Origin: Mizuhopecten yessoensis
Lineage: Eukaryota
NCBI RefSeq assembly: GCF_002113885.1
Contig: NW_018408322.1
Coordinates: 910,570-974,569 of the forward strand
Direction: 5' to 3'
Length of the DNA stretch: 64,000 nt
This document shows, piece after piece, positions 40,403 to 52,751 of this stretch. The translations under genes were made by a program, and so were the position numbers. Position 1 is the first letter of the stretch. Each line of letters starts with the position of its first letter. Under the pieces are notes generated by a model. That model saw only the letters and a list, made by a program, of their open reading frames with translations. It made no database searches and had not been told where the DNA came from.

Positions 40403-40813
40403 ATGGAAGATTTTTGTTTAAAGTACAGTGAAATTTTAGACAAGAAATGTGTTGTGTCAAGTAATGGCCGATGTGTTATTTGGACAGGACCGGTGACACA
40501 CAACAGCAAATATGGTGTTGTTAGATACAAGCATCCAGATACCGGTGTATCGAAAACAGTTACAGCACACCGGTTAAGTGTTATAATGCATACGCAAAAT
40601 TTAAATTTAAGTTCGGACTTTGATGCGTCACACCTGTGTCACAACAACCTCTGTGTAGCGATAAGTCATATAAGTATGGAACCACACAGCATCAACAATA
40701 ACAGAATCCACTGTAAACATTTAAATAAGTGCACAGGGCATGGGGAGTTTCCTGATTGTTTACTGGATTTACATATACAGGTACATTACCTGAAATATTA
40801 TATACAAATTTAA
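40403..40813 (+). CDS. His-Cys box / His-Me finger (homing endonuclease-like zinc-binding loop) nuclease encoded by the transposon
   Basis: Open 136-aa ORF with CxxWxG..YG, AHRLS, SHLCHNxxC..H..E...N..R..C....C.GH...C motifs, typical of the I-PpoI-like His-Cys box family. Confidence 0.88.
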   Translation: MEDFCLKYSEILDKKCVVSSNGRCVIWTGPVTHNSKYGVVRYKHPDTGVSKTVTAHRLSVIMHTQNLNLSSDFDASHLCHNNLCVAISHISMEPHSINNNRIHCKHLNKCTGHGEFPDCLLDLHIQVHYLKYYIQI

Positions 40814-41031
40814 ATTTTACCTATATACAAAGCAATATTGAGCACGGCTCAAGCTCGGCTCATCACATGCATAATGACAAGATTTTATTTTTGTTATTTT
40901 TCTTTTTATATGTTTTGACAATATTTTTACTGTGGTAATATTACATTACTAATGAGTTTTTCTACTTATGATAATTGTGCTCATCATTGTTGGAATGCAG
41001 TCTACTGGTTCTGAGGTCAGGGGGGGGTTAT

Positions 41032-44000
41032 CTAGCTGCCCTTTTTGTAATCAGATCTTGCCCCCTTGTTCTGAATATGTCTCTGAATGGCTTCTGCTTT
41101 CAGTTCTAGGGTCCTTTTTTTGAAAGCTGAGCCCTTTTGATACTTTTGGTGGTAATCTTGCTCTGCTTGTATTTGCTGCAGAGAGCGTCTTACCTCAGGT
41201 GCTACAGTTGCACCGAGGCACTCCATTTTTGTCATAAGGGAATGTTCCACTCCATTATTACCTGTGTGAACAGCTCCATGGAATCGCGCGTTCATATTTC
41301 TGCTAAATAACACATTTTTCGGTAACCGGCTATTCAGAAGCCTGAAAAAGGCTTTGCATCTTTGGGTATTTGCCCCAAGTGACATTGCTGTGACATATTC
41401 ATCTGTCAACTTCATTTTCAGTATCTTGAGCATCAGGTGTTTGTCATTTTCATTCATATTCAAGCTGTACAGCTTGTATTTAGACAGGAATATGGGCCTG
41501 TTCCACCAAGTACCAGTACTAATACCACCATTGCATACAAATGAGTATCTTTTACATCTAGAACAATCCCCGCTGTAACATCGAAGGGTGGCATCTAAGA
41601 CAAGGGGCAGTTTTTCGGCTGGTTTTTGTCTCACCGTTACAATCCTTTGTAAGCTCTTTACAGACTAGGCTACATCGAGCTTTTATATCACGGCTTAGCA
41701 CCTTTTGGGATTCTATCTTTCCTTCTCTTGTTTTCATACCTGGGAACATGTCTGCTAAAATGTGCACGCATACATTTTCTAAATTGTGCTTGACCTAAAT
41801 GGGTTGGATCTGCTAGTCGTTTCACATCCCACATGGGTATAAATGCTTTATAAGCTGCGTCAAGACCTGCTACTGATCGCTCGTCCCCATCTGATGTAGC
41901 GTATCGTACAATAAGATCTTGCTGGTATAGCTGCTCACCTACTAGCTTAGCAGCCTCAAATTCTGACAACGGTGTCCCCACCCCTATTGTGGCACTACAG
42001 TCTATATGGCCACCAGGGCATTTTGCATCAAACCCTTTTCTGCGTAACCATTTACCTTTCCAGCATATTTGTGATTGGACAGCTATCCTTATAATGTAAT
42101 TTTTGTCAGTGACATCCTCGCGAGCTATAAGTGCTAACTGTGTAGCACTTGTACCAGGTTTATTACGACAGGTTATTGTTGACCTATTGTACCTGCCATC
42201 AACTTGAACATTAACCATGTTAGGGTCTGCAGCTCCCCTCAACTCCTTTATTTCTCTTACTTCCTGTGCTTTGTTTGCCATATCCTCCTTATTCAATGTT
42301 ATGATTGTTTCTGCTGCAATATTAGCATTTCTCTGCATACTGCTACGGCACGTGGGAACCAAATTCATAGCATTGAACAAACGCCGTGCCCCTGCTGGCC
42401 CCATAGATGTTTTTTGGAGGCCGGCATGCATTGTCAGATTCGGGACAGCAGGGTTTGGGCCCCTTTTAGGGGATTGAATCTCTTTGTACATTTTTTGATT
42501 GTTAGACACCCAACCACATGTTTTGCATACTACTTTGAATTTACATGTTACTCCTACTTTTACCTCTTTGTGAATGTCAACATCTGGATTGTCACACCTG
42601 TGTGACAAGGCAATTTGTATAAGATCACCTATTTTTAGGTCACCTGAGCTTTGCTCAAGTGACCTATTCCAATCACTTTCCGTTCGTCGTCGTGCGTAAA
42701 CTTTTTACATTATCAACTTCTCAAGAACCAGTGGATGGAATTTTTTCAAATTTGGTCAGAATCATCCTTGGTAGATGAGGCTACCAAATTGTAAAATTGG
42801 GATTCTTACCCCAACCCTAGGGGCCAGGGCGGGGCCCAAAAGGGAAAATTAACTAATATTTCAAATATCTTATTCTCCAGACTCAGAGGTATTACAGTCA
42901 TTTTCTCTGCATGGATGGAAAGATCATCAGGGGCTTTATTTAAATTGTAAATTTCAGGACCCCCGAGCTATCCGTTCTCCCTTGGGGAGGGGGTAAAGTT
43001 TACTATAGTTTATATAGGGAAACAACACTTTTGGGTATATTTTGACAATTTTCTGTTGGAAATTATTTTTACTTGGTCAGAATCATCCTTGGAGGAGGAA
43101 GATGGTTTTAAATTGTAAAATTGGGATTCCTACCCCAACCCTAGGGGCCAGGGCGGGGCCCAAAAGGGAAAATTAACCAATATTTCAAAAATCTTCTTCT
43201 CCAGACTCAGAGGTATTACAGTCATTTTCTCTGCATGGATGGAAAGATCATCAGGGGCTTTATTTAAATTGTAAATTTCAGGACCCCCGAGCTATCCGTT
43301 CTCCCTTGGGGAGGGGGTAAAGTTTACTATAGTTTATATAGGGAAACAACACTTTTGGGTATATTTTGACAATTTTCTGTTGGAAATTATTTTTACTTGG
43401 TCAGAATCATCCTTGGAGGAGGAAGATGGTTTTAAATTGTAAAATTGGGATTCCTACCCCAACCCTAGGGGCCAGGGCGGGGCCCCAAAGGGAAAATTAG
43501 CCAATATTTCAAAAATCTTCTTCTCCAGACTCAGAGGTATTATAGTCATTTTCTCTGCATGGATGGAAAGATCATCAGGGGCTTTATTTAAATTGTAAAT
43601 TTCAGGACCCCCAGGCTATCCGTTCTCCCTTGGGGAGGGGGTAAAGTTTACTATAGTTTATATAGGGAAACAACACTTTTGAGTATATTTTGACAATTTT
43701 CGGTTGGAAATTATTTTTACTTGGTCAGAATCATCTTTGGTTGATGACGGTATCACATTGTAAACTTGGAATTCCTGCCCCATCCCCCAGGGGTTAGAGT
43801 GGGGCCCCAAAGGGAACATTTACAAATATTTCAAAATTGTTATCCTTTGATGACATGACAAGTACTGTATTTCACTTAGTTTACATGCTGATTTCCACAT
43901 CACATCTAAACAATAAAATAAAGCTACCAGTACCTATGATATAGCTCAGGTGACTGCTAAGGCCCTTGGGCCTCTTGTCTTAGAATCTATTAGTCTGTTA

Positions 44001-44332
44001 CCCTGATTTTGAACACCATTATCTAACCTAGACCTTTTTTCCCTATTTTCATGGAGGTGTGATGCAACTTCTATCACTGGTTGTGGTTTCTTGGGCCTAA
44101 GGTGCTTGACAATGCCAGGGTTACCTTCAGTGTCGGGAGTGCTAGGAAAGCTACAACCAGGATGCGTTACAGTGACTAAGGAATACATATCAGAACTCAG
44201 TCTCTTCCAGGTACCTGAGACATTTTCACTTGGAACTTTACTCACCCCATGCCCTGCAGTCTTGGTACCCTTATTATGTGGTGTATTACACTTTTTGACT
44301 ACATTTTTACTTCTCTTATACCTTCCCTTCAT
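41032..44332 (-). pseudogene. Disrupted DDE transposase (Kolobok/Mutator-like domain)
   Basis: Fragments 44332-43980, 42631-41688, 41767-41558 and 41634-41032. Motifs CKTC, VQVDGRYN (D1), YATSDGD (D2), DPTH and NTQRCKA (expected catalytic E reads K). Two frameshifts, and interrupted by the 42632-43979 insertion. Confidence 0.82.
42632..43979 (+). mobile_element. Non-autonomous Helentron-like (HINE) element carrying ~3 tandem ~323-bp repeats, inserted in the transposase
   Basis: 5' tttttaggtcacctgagc..gctcaagtgaccta inverted repeat, cgtc microsatellite, repeat units starting ~42752/43074/43397/43721, 3' subterminal ctcaggtgac, hairpin aggcccttgggcct. Inserted in a T-run. Confidence 0.78.
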
Positions 44333-45046
44333 GGTCCTTTCAGGTCAAATATCCCTATCTTAATAACTGCAATACTCAAAAACACCTATATTTACCTAAA
44401 TTGACTATAAACACATATGTTCTGAATATTTACACCACTTAATAAGGATTACAAGCCCACAGGGACAGGATATCTTATCCCTTTGTCACACTGGTATTGG
44501 CCCCTTGAGAGGTGGCACTTGCTTACCTTGCTATGTTTGACATGTATTTACTAAATAATTAGTAGGGCTATAAACTTACAATTACATTCATTTTGTAGGG
44601 GAGAAGTCCCCTTATACAGTGGTATAAGGTTAGACAGGCTGTGATGTCATATAGAAAAGTTATATCATTAATAATGTGTAATTTTTACTTGAAAATTGTG
44701 ATTTTTGAAATTTCATAATTAAAAGTCCATTAAACTTTACTTCTTTTGAAATTTTATAAACTGCATGTAAAATGTGAAAGAGTATTAAATAAGCTTTAAT
44801 TTGATATATGTTATTGATATATTACTTAATTATTACTCGCCCAATAGTCATTTATCTATGAGACCTCTCTGAAATATTAGATGCAGAATACAGCATTGCT
44901 GTGGATTAGGGGTAGGGGAACTAAAAATGAAAGAACTTTTTTATTTTTGGAGTAAATTTCACAATAATTTGCAATAACATTTGTAATTGCATGCCAAATG
45001 TAATGATAGAATAAAAAAAATATGTCTCCAAAAATCACCAAATACA

Positions 45047-45507
45047 GGCCTCAGACCACAATAACACTTCCGGGTCGTTGTATACGAATGTAGTGCATAA
45101 GGACATTTCAGGTGGGTTACTAAATAATTTTTCCTGTCTGAATTATGTCAGATATGTACAGTTTTTTTTACATAGAATTTTTCAACAATATCTATTCTAG
45201 TGATTAAATTTTATTTGACACAGTTTCAAAGTTTGTCTTGGCAGCAGGACACAATGAGTGATGAGGCTTGCACAGTGATATTTTGTGATTTTTAGTATTT
45301 TCCCCTTTACATGCAGGGTAGTGAAATTCAAATAAAATTATCTTTCTTAAATGCCGGTCATGAGGTACTTTCCAGCTCACCGTACGTTCAGTTTGAATAG
45401 ATCTACAATATGAAATAGGAACCAGGCCCTGTGCAAAGTTTTAAAATATTTTAATAATTTATTTCCTTTGGTATAACATACAGTAGAATTAATTGTGGTC
45501 TGAGGCC
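45047..45507 (+). repeat. Right long terminal direct repeat of the composite transposon
   Basis: Starts ggcctcagaccacaat and ends attgtggtctgaggcc, a perfect 16-bp TIR pair. Confidence 0.93.
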
Positions 45508-47188
45508 ATCTTCGGCAGACAGTGTGCATATTTAGAATGGCTTACACTAAGGTCCCTCTTGGTCAGTCACGTATATTATTGCGTACGTGTCCATTCATTA
45601 TCCGTTACTGTCTGAACGGGAAAACACAAACTCACTGGATACTCACAAAATATTATTTACCAAATTTGATAACTTATACCTTATTTAGTTTATCTCCGAC
45701 ATAAGCCAATAGGATTTTCGACAAATATATCTATTTTATATTCCATCACAGAAATATTAAATCTCAATGAAAAATCTGAATAATTTGGGTTAAAGGGGTT
45801 TGACATTGCAAGGGGAACTAACTGCTGTTTTCGTATGAATTAATGTATTAACAAGGTACTATAATTTTCCTGCAATTCGTAGTTTAGCAGGAAACATTTG
45901 TCTGTTCAGGTTCGACCAGACACATGTACAGCTACTCGTGAATATTCATGAGTTGTTTGTAGGGTGCACGAGTTATCGGGCAAAGTACTAGGGAGTAGTG
46001 AGCAGGTGTATAGAGTGGTCATTCTAGCCTCGAAGCTCACAGCATACGGTCAATGTTTATTTCAAAATTTTGAATATTTTGTAAAAAAAAAATCCCAAAA
46101 AAATTCAGATGTGACGACAGCAGTTTTAGAGATTTGTTTTGTTCTTGTGTCTTGATTGACAGATCAGTGGAGATATTCTAAGCGTGAAGCAAACAAATGT
46201 TGTACATTTCATTATACCTGCATTTTATATACATGTATATGTATTACAATAGCTAAGTGTTTAGCGTCAGAAGGTTTTCCAGAGTTTTTGCCTTATCAGT
46301 TTTATCTCTGGTTTTTAGCCCAGGACGTGAGAACACATTGATTGTTGGTATTCCAAGTGAGTGAGAGAGTTGTTGTATACTTATACATATATTGTTGACT
46401 CTCGTACATGTGAAGATGATGAATGAATAAACGCCGCTCCATAGAGGCCTTCAATGAGCAGGCTCATCCTATTTCATAGTTGTGTTATTGATTGTGTCTA
46501 GATAGGTAGACAGGTAGGGCTACTGTCCAGTATAGGACAGACGTGGAGATACATACATGTGTACCTATGTACACGGTATCTACACAAGAACATAGAGATG
46601 CACACATGCACAAACAGATTTAAGCAATCTTCCCCATCATTGGGTACCTAAGACACAGTAAACTCAACTAAAGTTTAAGATTCTTAAATGGCTAGCCTGA
46701 GGCTTTGCCGAGTTTAACATTCGTGCTGGACAGCCAAACTCTTACCCTCAGGTTAAGATTTCCCTGTCCACGAACCACACCCATGAGGTATTTTTCATTG
46801 AATCTATATTCTACGAACGAAACAAAATATGTCCCGATGATATCCAGAATCGGGAGCCATGGAATTTCTCAAAATAAATTATAACGAATAGTCTCCAATC
46901 GTATATAAATGTTACTTGTTGTAATTGCGGTGAAGGTTCTCCTTGTGAGGAAATTAACAAGACAATTTTTTTCTCGATATAATTTTAGTAACAAGGAAAG
47001 TATGAGGAAGTGCTTGAGTAAAAAAGCGACTAGCTTATACATATTCCCTCTATTTATTTGAAGTTGGCACTTCCTAATTGCTAATTGATTTTTTGCCATG
47101 TATAGCCGATTATTCCCCATATTGATGTTCATATTCATAGCGGAAGTATAACTTGAAATAGCCTAGCTAGTTCTACCCCTGAAATATG

Positions 47189-50100
47189 TAACTAATCATT
47201 ATATTATGTTTGTACGTTGCAGGTAGCAGTCATCCTTTATTTAAAGAATTCGAAAGAAAGGAAGATGTTAATTCTCATTTATGACTGCTACCACTATGTA
47301 TACATCCCCGACACCCAGCCAGGCATGGATTAGGGTTATCGCCTTGTCATCAAGCCATCGTTCATCACTCATTTTTGCCACATCTTAGGATCACATCATG
47401 CCAGTGTTACAGTGCCCTGTCGCAGGCTGTATATGGACGTCTCAAGACCTGGCAGCAGAATTTGCATCTGCCCTCACTGCTTCTCTTCAAATTCATGACA
47501 GGACCGTCCATAGAACCCCAGCAAATCCAACACCACCAAAGCTCAAGTTAGACCCACCAATTGTTTCTGCTGGATGTGACCCAGACCAATGGTCAGCTTT
47601 TGCCAGGCAGTGGAACATGTATAAGGTTGGAATGGCCATTACGGAGACTGTTCTCCCCACTGCGCTATTCTACTGTTGTGACACTGATCTACGGACAGAT
47701 GTTCTACGTGACCTTCAGTGCGATGTAGCTAATATGGCTGAGGCTGATCTATTAAGAGACTGGCAGTTAAAGATGAAAGCACTGACTCTACACGGTCAAC
47801 ACGCATACTTTGCTATGTATCTGACACTATGGAAAAGGCTTTCCTTTGCAGGGAAGCGCTCATATCTCTCGGGGTCATTCACATGGACTTCCCCAATGTG
47901 CCTACGGATGTCACCGCCCCAGTTGAGGACTCTGAGGAGATAACTTGTTCTTGTCCCAGGCGTCAAACGGAACCCCCAACACTGCCGACTACGCTACCCC
48001 CAGGACTACGGGCCACAGAAGAGAACATAGGGACTCTCACAGATTTGTTTCTTGACTATTATGGTTCTACAACCTTCAATGTCTGTAAGCATCAACCATT
48101 GCCTCTTATGAAGGGTGAGCCCTTACAGCTCCATGTTGATCCCAAAGTTAGGCCGGTGGTACTTGTCCCAATTCATTGGCAGGATAAGGTCTATGCTGGT
48201 ATTGAGAGGGATGTTCGCATCGGTGTTCTTGAGCGCGTTAGTCCAAACACTCCTACAACATGGTGCTCGAGGATGGTTGTGACTGGGAAAGCTGACGGGA
48301 CTCCACGTCGTACTGTAGATCTACAACCTCAAAATCGCCATTCTGTCCGCCAGACTCATCATGTGCCTGGCTCCTTCCATCTGGCAGACCGTGTTCCTCA
48401 ATGTACGAGAAAAACGGTAACAGACACCTGGAATGGGTACCACTCTGTGCCCATCCAAGAAGACGATCGACATATCACTACCTTCATCATGCCATGGGGG
48501 CGATATAGGTTCAAAGTGGCTCCACAAGGATTTCTCGCTAGCGGTGATGCTTACAACCAGCGCTTTGATGCAATAATTTCCAATTTCCGGAAAAGATCAA
48601 GTGCGTGGATGATAATTGCATGTGGGCAGGGTCCATTGAAGCGGCATTCTTTCAAGCATGTGAATGGTTTGACCTGTGTGCTCGAAATGGCATCACACTT
48701 TACCCAAAGAAGTTTCAGTTTGCCCAGGACACCGTTGACTTTGCAGGACTGACAATCACTCCAACAAACATTCGACCTAGTGCTAAGTTCCTAGATGCTA
48801 TCAGAAATTTCCCCACACAACGGATATCACTGGTGCCAGGGCATGTTTCGGGCTTATTTACCAGGGTACGTATGCCTTTGCCAGGACAGGACAGGACAGA
48901 TGAAACCTTTTCAGACTCTGCTAAAACAATCTACAAAGTTTGTCTGGACAGATGAGCTGGACCAGCTATTCAATCAGTCCAAGGAGGTCATCATACAGGA
49001 GATGAAGGAAGGGGTGCTCCTGTTTGACCCTGACCGATCGACTTGCTTGGCTACTGACTGGTCCGTTGATGGAATAGGGTTCTTCTTGATGCAGAAGTAC
49101 TGCCAGTGTACTGGTAAGACTCCCACTGCTGCCCTGATGGTTGGAAGCTGTGTTTAGTTGGCAGCAGGTTTACACATCCTGCTGAAAGCCGCTATACTCC
49201 CATTGAAGGCGAATCCTTGACTATTGTTTACACACTACACCAGACTCGCTATTACGTGCTAGGATGCAAAGATCTACTCATAGACACGGATCAAGAGCCA
49301 CTACTTCAGATCCTGAACGATAGGTCACTTACAGATATTAGTAACAGACGACTTCTTAGCCTCAAGGAAAAAACTCTTGGGTACAGGTTCACAGTTGTAC
49401 ATGTTCCTGGAAAGAAGAGCCAAGGTCCGGATGCTACTTCTAGATACACTGCCTCCCCGCCCGAGCACCTACAATTGCCTGGCGAAACTTTGGAATTTGA
49501 TATGAATGACAACACATCTATCCCATTTCATGACACCCTGAATAGCCTTTGCCAGCATAGTGAGAACGAGGACATGGCTAATGACATAGGATTTCATCGG
49601 TCGCAAATCCACATGCTAATTGCAGGGCTGAGATGGCAGTGCAGACTGTAAACCGCATGCTCATGGACAACATAACCGCGTCTGGGTCTCTCGATGTGGA
49701 CAAGTTTCAGAGGGCCCTACTGATGTACAGAAATTCCATTTACCCGGAGACAAAGGCATCACCAGCGTTAGTTTTGTTTGGTCGACCCATCCGTGATGCC
49801 ACCCCAATACCGATGGGTAGATACTCACCTCATGAAACATGGACAGAGCTAATGTCCCATCGAGAGAAAGCACTCTCCAGACGTCATGCCAGGGAACATG
49901 AACGGTGGAATGAACACACTCACCGGTTACCACCACTGCAGGTTGGAGATCACGTCTACATACAAAACCTGGCTGGAAACCATCCTCGGAGATGGGAACG
50001 TACAGGGATTGTTGTGGAAGTGCGTCAGTTTCACCAGTATGTCATCCGTGTGGATGGCACAGGCAGAGTGACTCCGAAATCGCCAGCACCTTCGTAAGTT

Positions 50101-50801
50101 CTCTCCCTTTCATTGCACTACCTCTTGGGCTGCAGTATCACGCCTACGTCAGATGAACGACCGCCTCCGGAAGCGCCTTCCGGCGACAAAATATCTGCTC
50201 CATCCCTAGTGCCACAGCTGGACCAACCTACAATACCGTTGTCACCACAGGCCCTACAGGCTCCACTTCCCTCGCCATCACCACATGTGCGACAGTCACC
50301 ATCTAACAGGATCAGGCCACAAGCTACCACCCCTACACAGGAGTCTCTGTCAACGCGACATCGATTGAATTTTGATATGACAGACCATCAAACTCCCAAA
50401 CTTGTTGAGCCTGTGGTGGCTCGTACCACGAGCTCTTGCCCGTCTTCAACCTCATACTAAGGCCGTAGTAAAGGAACTGGAACAACCACGAATACTTCGT
50501 CATTGCACCATGGAGGAAGAGTCAGGACTTAGGGGGCCTGAAAAACTAAAGTGACTTTTGTGTGTCTGGATTATTTTTGAGAGACTATCGTTGTGCTTGT
50601 TTTTGTGATCAGTCATTAAGGACAGATGACTTATTCAAGTTATCACTCGGAGACCTGGCTTATCAGTTTTCTATGTTCCATATAAAACTTGCCCTTGGGG
50701 GAGGAGATAACTAATCATTATATTATGTCTGTACGTTGCAGGTAGCAGTCATCCTTTAGATTAAAGAATTCGAAAGAAAGGATGATGTTAATTTTCATTT
50801 A
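47189..50801 (+). mobile_element. Ty3/Gypsy LTR retrotransposon, internally deleted, with 93/94-bp LTRs
   Basis: LTRs 47189-47281 and 50708-50801 (TA...TA ends). 5-bp TSD atatg at 47184-47188 and 50802-50806. PPT gggggaggaga before the 3' LTR. Gag fragment from 47398; RT (WCSRMVV, RRTVD, DTWNGYHSVP, PQGFLASGDAY, xDD); RNase H (TDWS, DTDQEPL); integrase C-terminus (ALLMYRNS, SPALVLFGR). Empty site in copy B at ~59605-59620. Confidence 0.92.
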
Positions 50802-52102
50802 ATATGTATTTAAGTATAGAAACCTCTGGCTTTCCACGGGGAACCTTCCCTAGAATAACGAGTGTTGTGTGTTTGTGAAGGGATACAATTGGTGATAGTT
50901 TATATTTAGAATCTTTGATTGATCACATATAATAAATACAAATCAAGGGGGAGTTGTTTAAAAAAGGATGTGGGATACATGTTTCCCATGTTCAACTTCT
51001 TTAATTAATAATTTAAATCAGGTAAAGGTAGGACGAGCGCCGTCCCCTCGGACATGGGAAACAGATAAGAAAATACAACATATTTGACAATCCCTTGACG
51101 CGCTTGGTGCAGTACATACCAAAAAAAGCAATACTTTAGTCCATATTCAATAGATTTTGTGGTTTCTCGGCTCAAGGAATTCGTATATCAAAATTATACG
51201 ATGATTTTTAATAACATTTGTCTTGAGATAGTGTCCATATAAAGTGCGAAACGTTAGCGATACAGAACAGAATTGAATATAATTGAATCTATTTTCTACG
51301 AACAAACAAAATATGTCGCAATAATATAAAAGAGTTATTTTCCAGAATCAGGAGCAAAGACATTTTCTAAAAATAAATTATTACGAGTAGTCTCCCTTCA
51401 TGCATAAACGATACCCGTTGTCATTTCGGAGTTATTTTCTCTCCTTCTGAATGGTTTCTCTAGAACAAAAATGTTCGGGGAGATGGAATTGATATCATAA
51501 ATATGACGTGATGTTACAATGGTGGAGGTTTATTAAGGGAAATGCAGTAATACCATACCATACAGTGAAGATATATAGATTGAGTAAAACCTCGATATAA
51601 TGCCCTCATTTCATTTGCCACCTCGTTTACAACCAAGACATTTCAAGATCACCTTTTCTCTCTTTCTTAAGAATTCTTTTATATTTCTAACTAAATTTAT
51701 TGCCAAACTTCTTCGAACGCTTAAATTTTTCTGGATGAATGTTGGCAGTATAACGAGGTTTAACTGTGCTTTTTTCACGAAAATGTACAATTTCAGGAAA
51801 TTGAAAATGAACGAAGATGTTGACCGATGTTTGAGGTCAGCAGCCTTGAGCATTCGCTTCAAGAAGCGGACAGTTCAGTACTATGTGTCCAGGGGCAGTA
51901 TACTAAAGACCAAGGAAACCTTAGTGACACCGTATATGCCATTTTCAGCTTGGTAAATATTGTTTTTATTTGGTTTGTTCAGTGTTCAGTGACATATGCT
52001 GGACACACGACGAGGAGTGCCTACCAGACACCACTAGAAAGAAAGAACTGGTAGAAAAAATTAAATGAAGTCCCAATTGTTGAAACTAAAGCATTATATC
52101 AT

Positions 52103-52584
52103 GTTTGGTTGGCTGGTTGGTTAGTTTTACAAGGTTTAACGTCCTATAAGTATCAACAGCTAAGGTCATTTAAGGTCGTGCCTCCATATGTGTTGTGTAT
52201 GCGTGCTTGTGTGTATGTGTGCCGGAGACCGGGTATGATGTTGTGTTTGCCTCCTTGTGATAGCGCGGATCTCATGCCGAGCCTTTAGTGCTAGTCTCAC
52301 TGAAAACCATGCCAATGGCACCAAACACAGCATTTCGCCCGGTCACATTATACTGACAACGGGCGAACCAGATGTTGTTATTGCCCTAAATGCTGGGCGT
52401 TAAGCAGGTAACAACAATTACCATGTTTAAGATGTTTGGTGTGTCCCGGCCTGGGGACAGAATCCATTGCCTTCAAAGCCAAACGGGAGATATTGCCTAA
52501 GCAAGGTGCTAGGAAATTAAAGGTAGATAGTAGTAGAGAGAAATGTTAAGATCCTAAATATTGTAATGGTTGCAGCAGATTTAT
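52103..52584 (-). mobile_element. Meta-domain-like SINE at the end of duplication unit A
   Basis: Same family as 53480-54115; paralogous to 60920-61500; truncated at the duplication junction. Confidence 0.75.
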
Positions 52585-52751
52585 CATTACTATTGTGTGA
52601 GTCCTTACCAACAAAGCATACTCCAATGTCCTGTGCTTATAACGATAATTTATTCACCATAATATTAACTATCTTTCTTCGAATATCAATGCCAAAATCC
52701 TGAAATCAGCATGAATAATTTTCCTGTCATTCCCTCGTGCTTCACGACATT

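Larger units (their letters stand above)
39553..45507 (-). mobile_element. Composite-like DNA transposon with long terminal direct repeats (KolobokP-type, Kolobok superfamily)
   Basis: Two ~460-bp direct repeats (39553-40011, 45047-45507), each bounded by TIRs ggcctcagaccacaat...attgtggtctgaggcc. They enclose a convergent DDE transposase (-) and His-Me finger nuclease (+). The element is absent from the paralogous site at ~58160-58175. Confidence 0.88.

Noticed and set aside
40403-40813. Group I intron homing endonuclease
   Set aside because: No rRNA or intron context; it lies inside the transposon between the direct repeats.
39553-45507. LTR retrotransposon interpretation of the 460-bp direct repeats
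   Set aside because: No RT, gag, PBS or PPT inside; the repeats carry TIRs and the cargo is a DDE transposase plus a nuclease.
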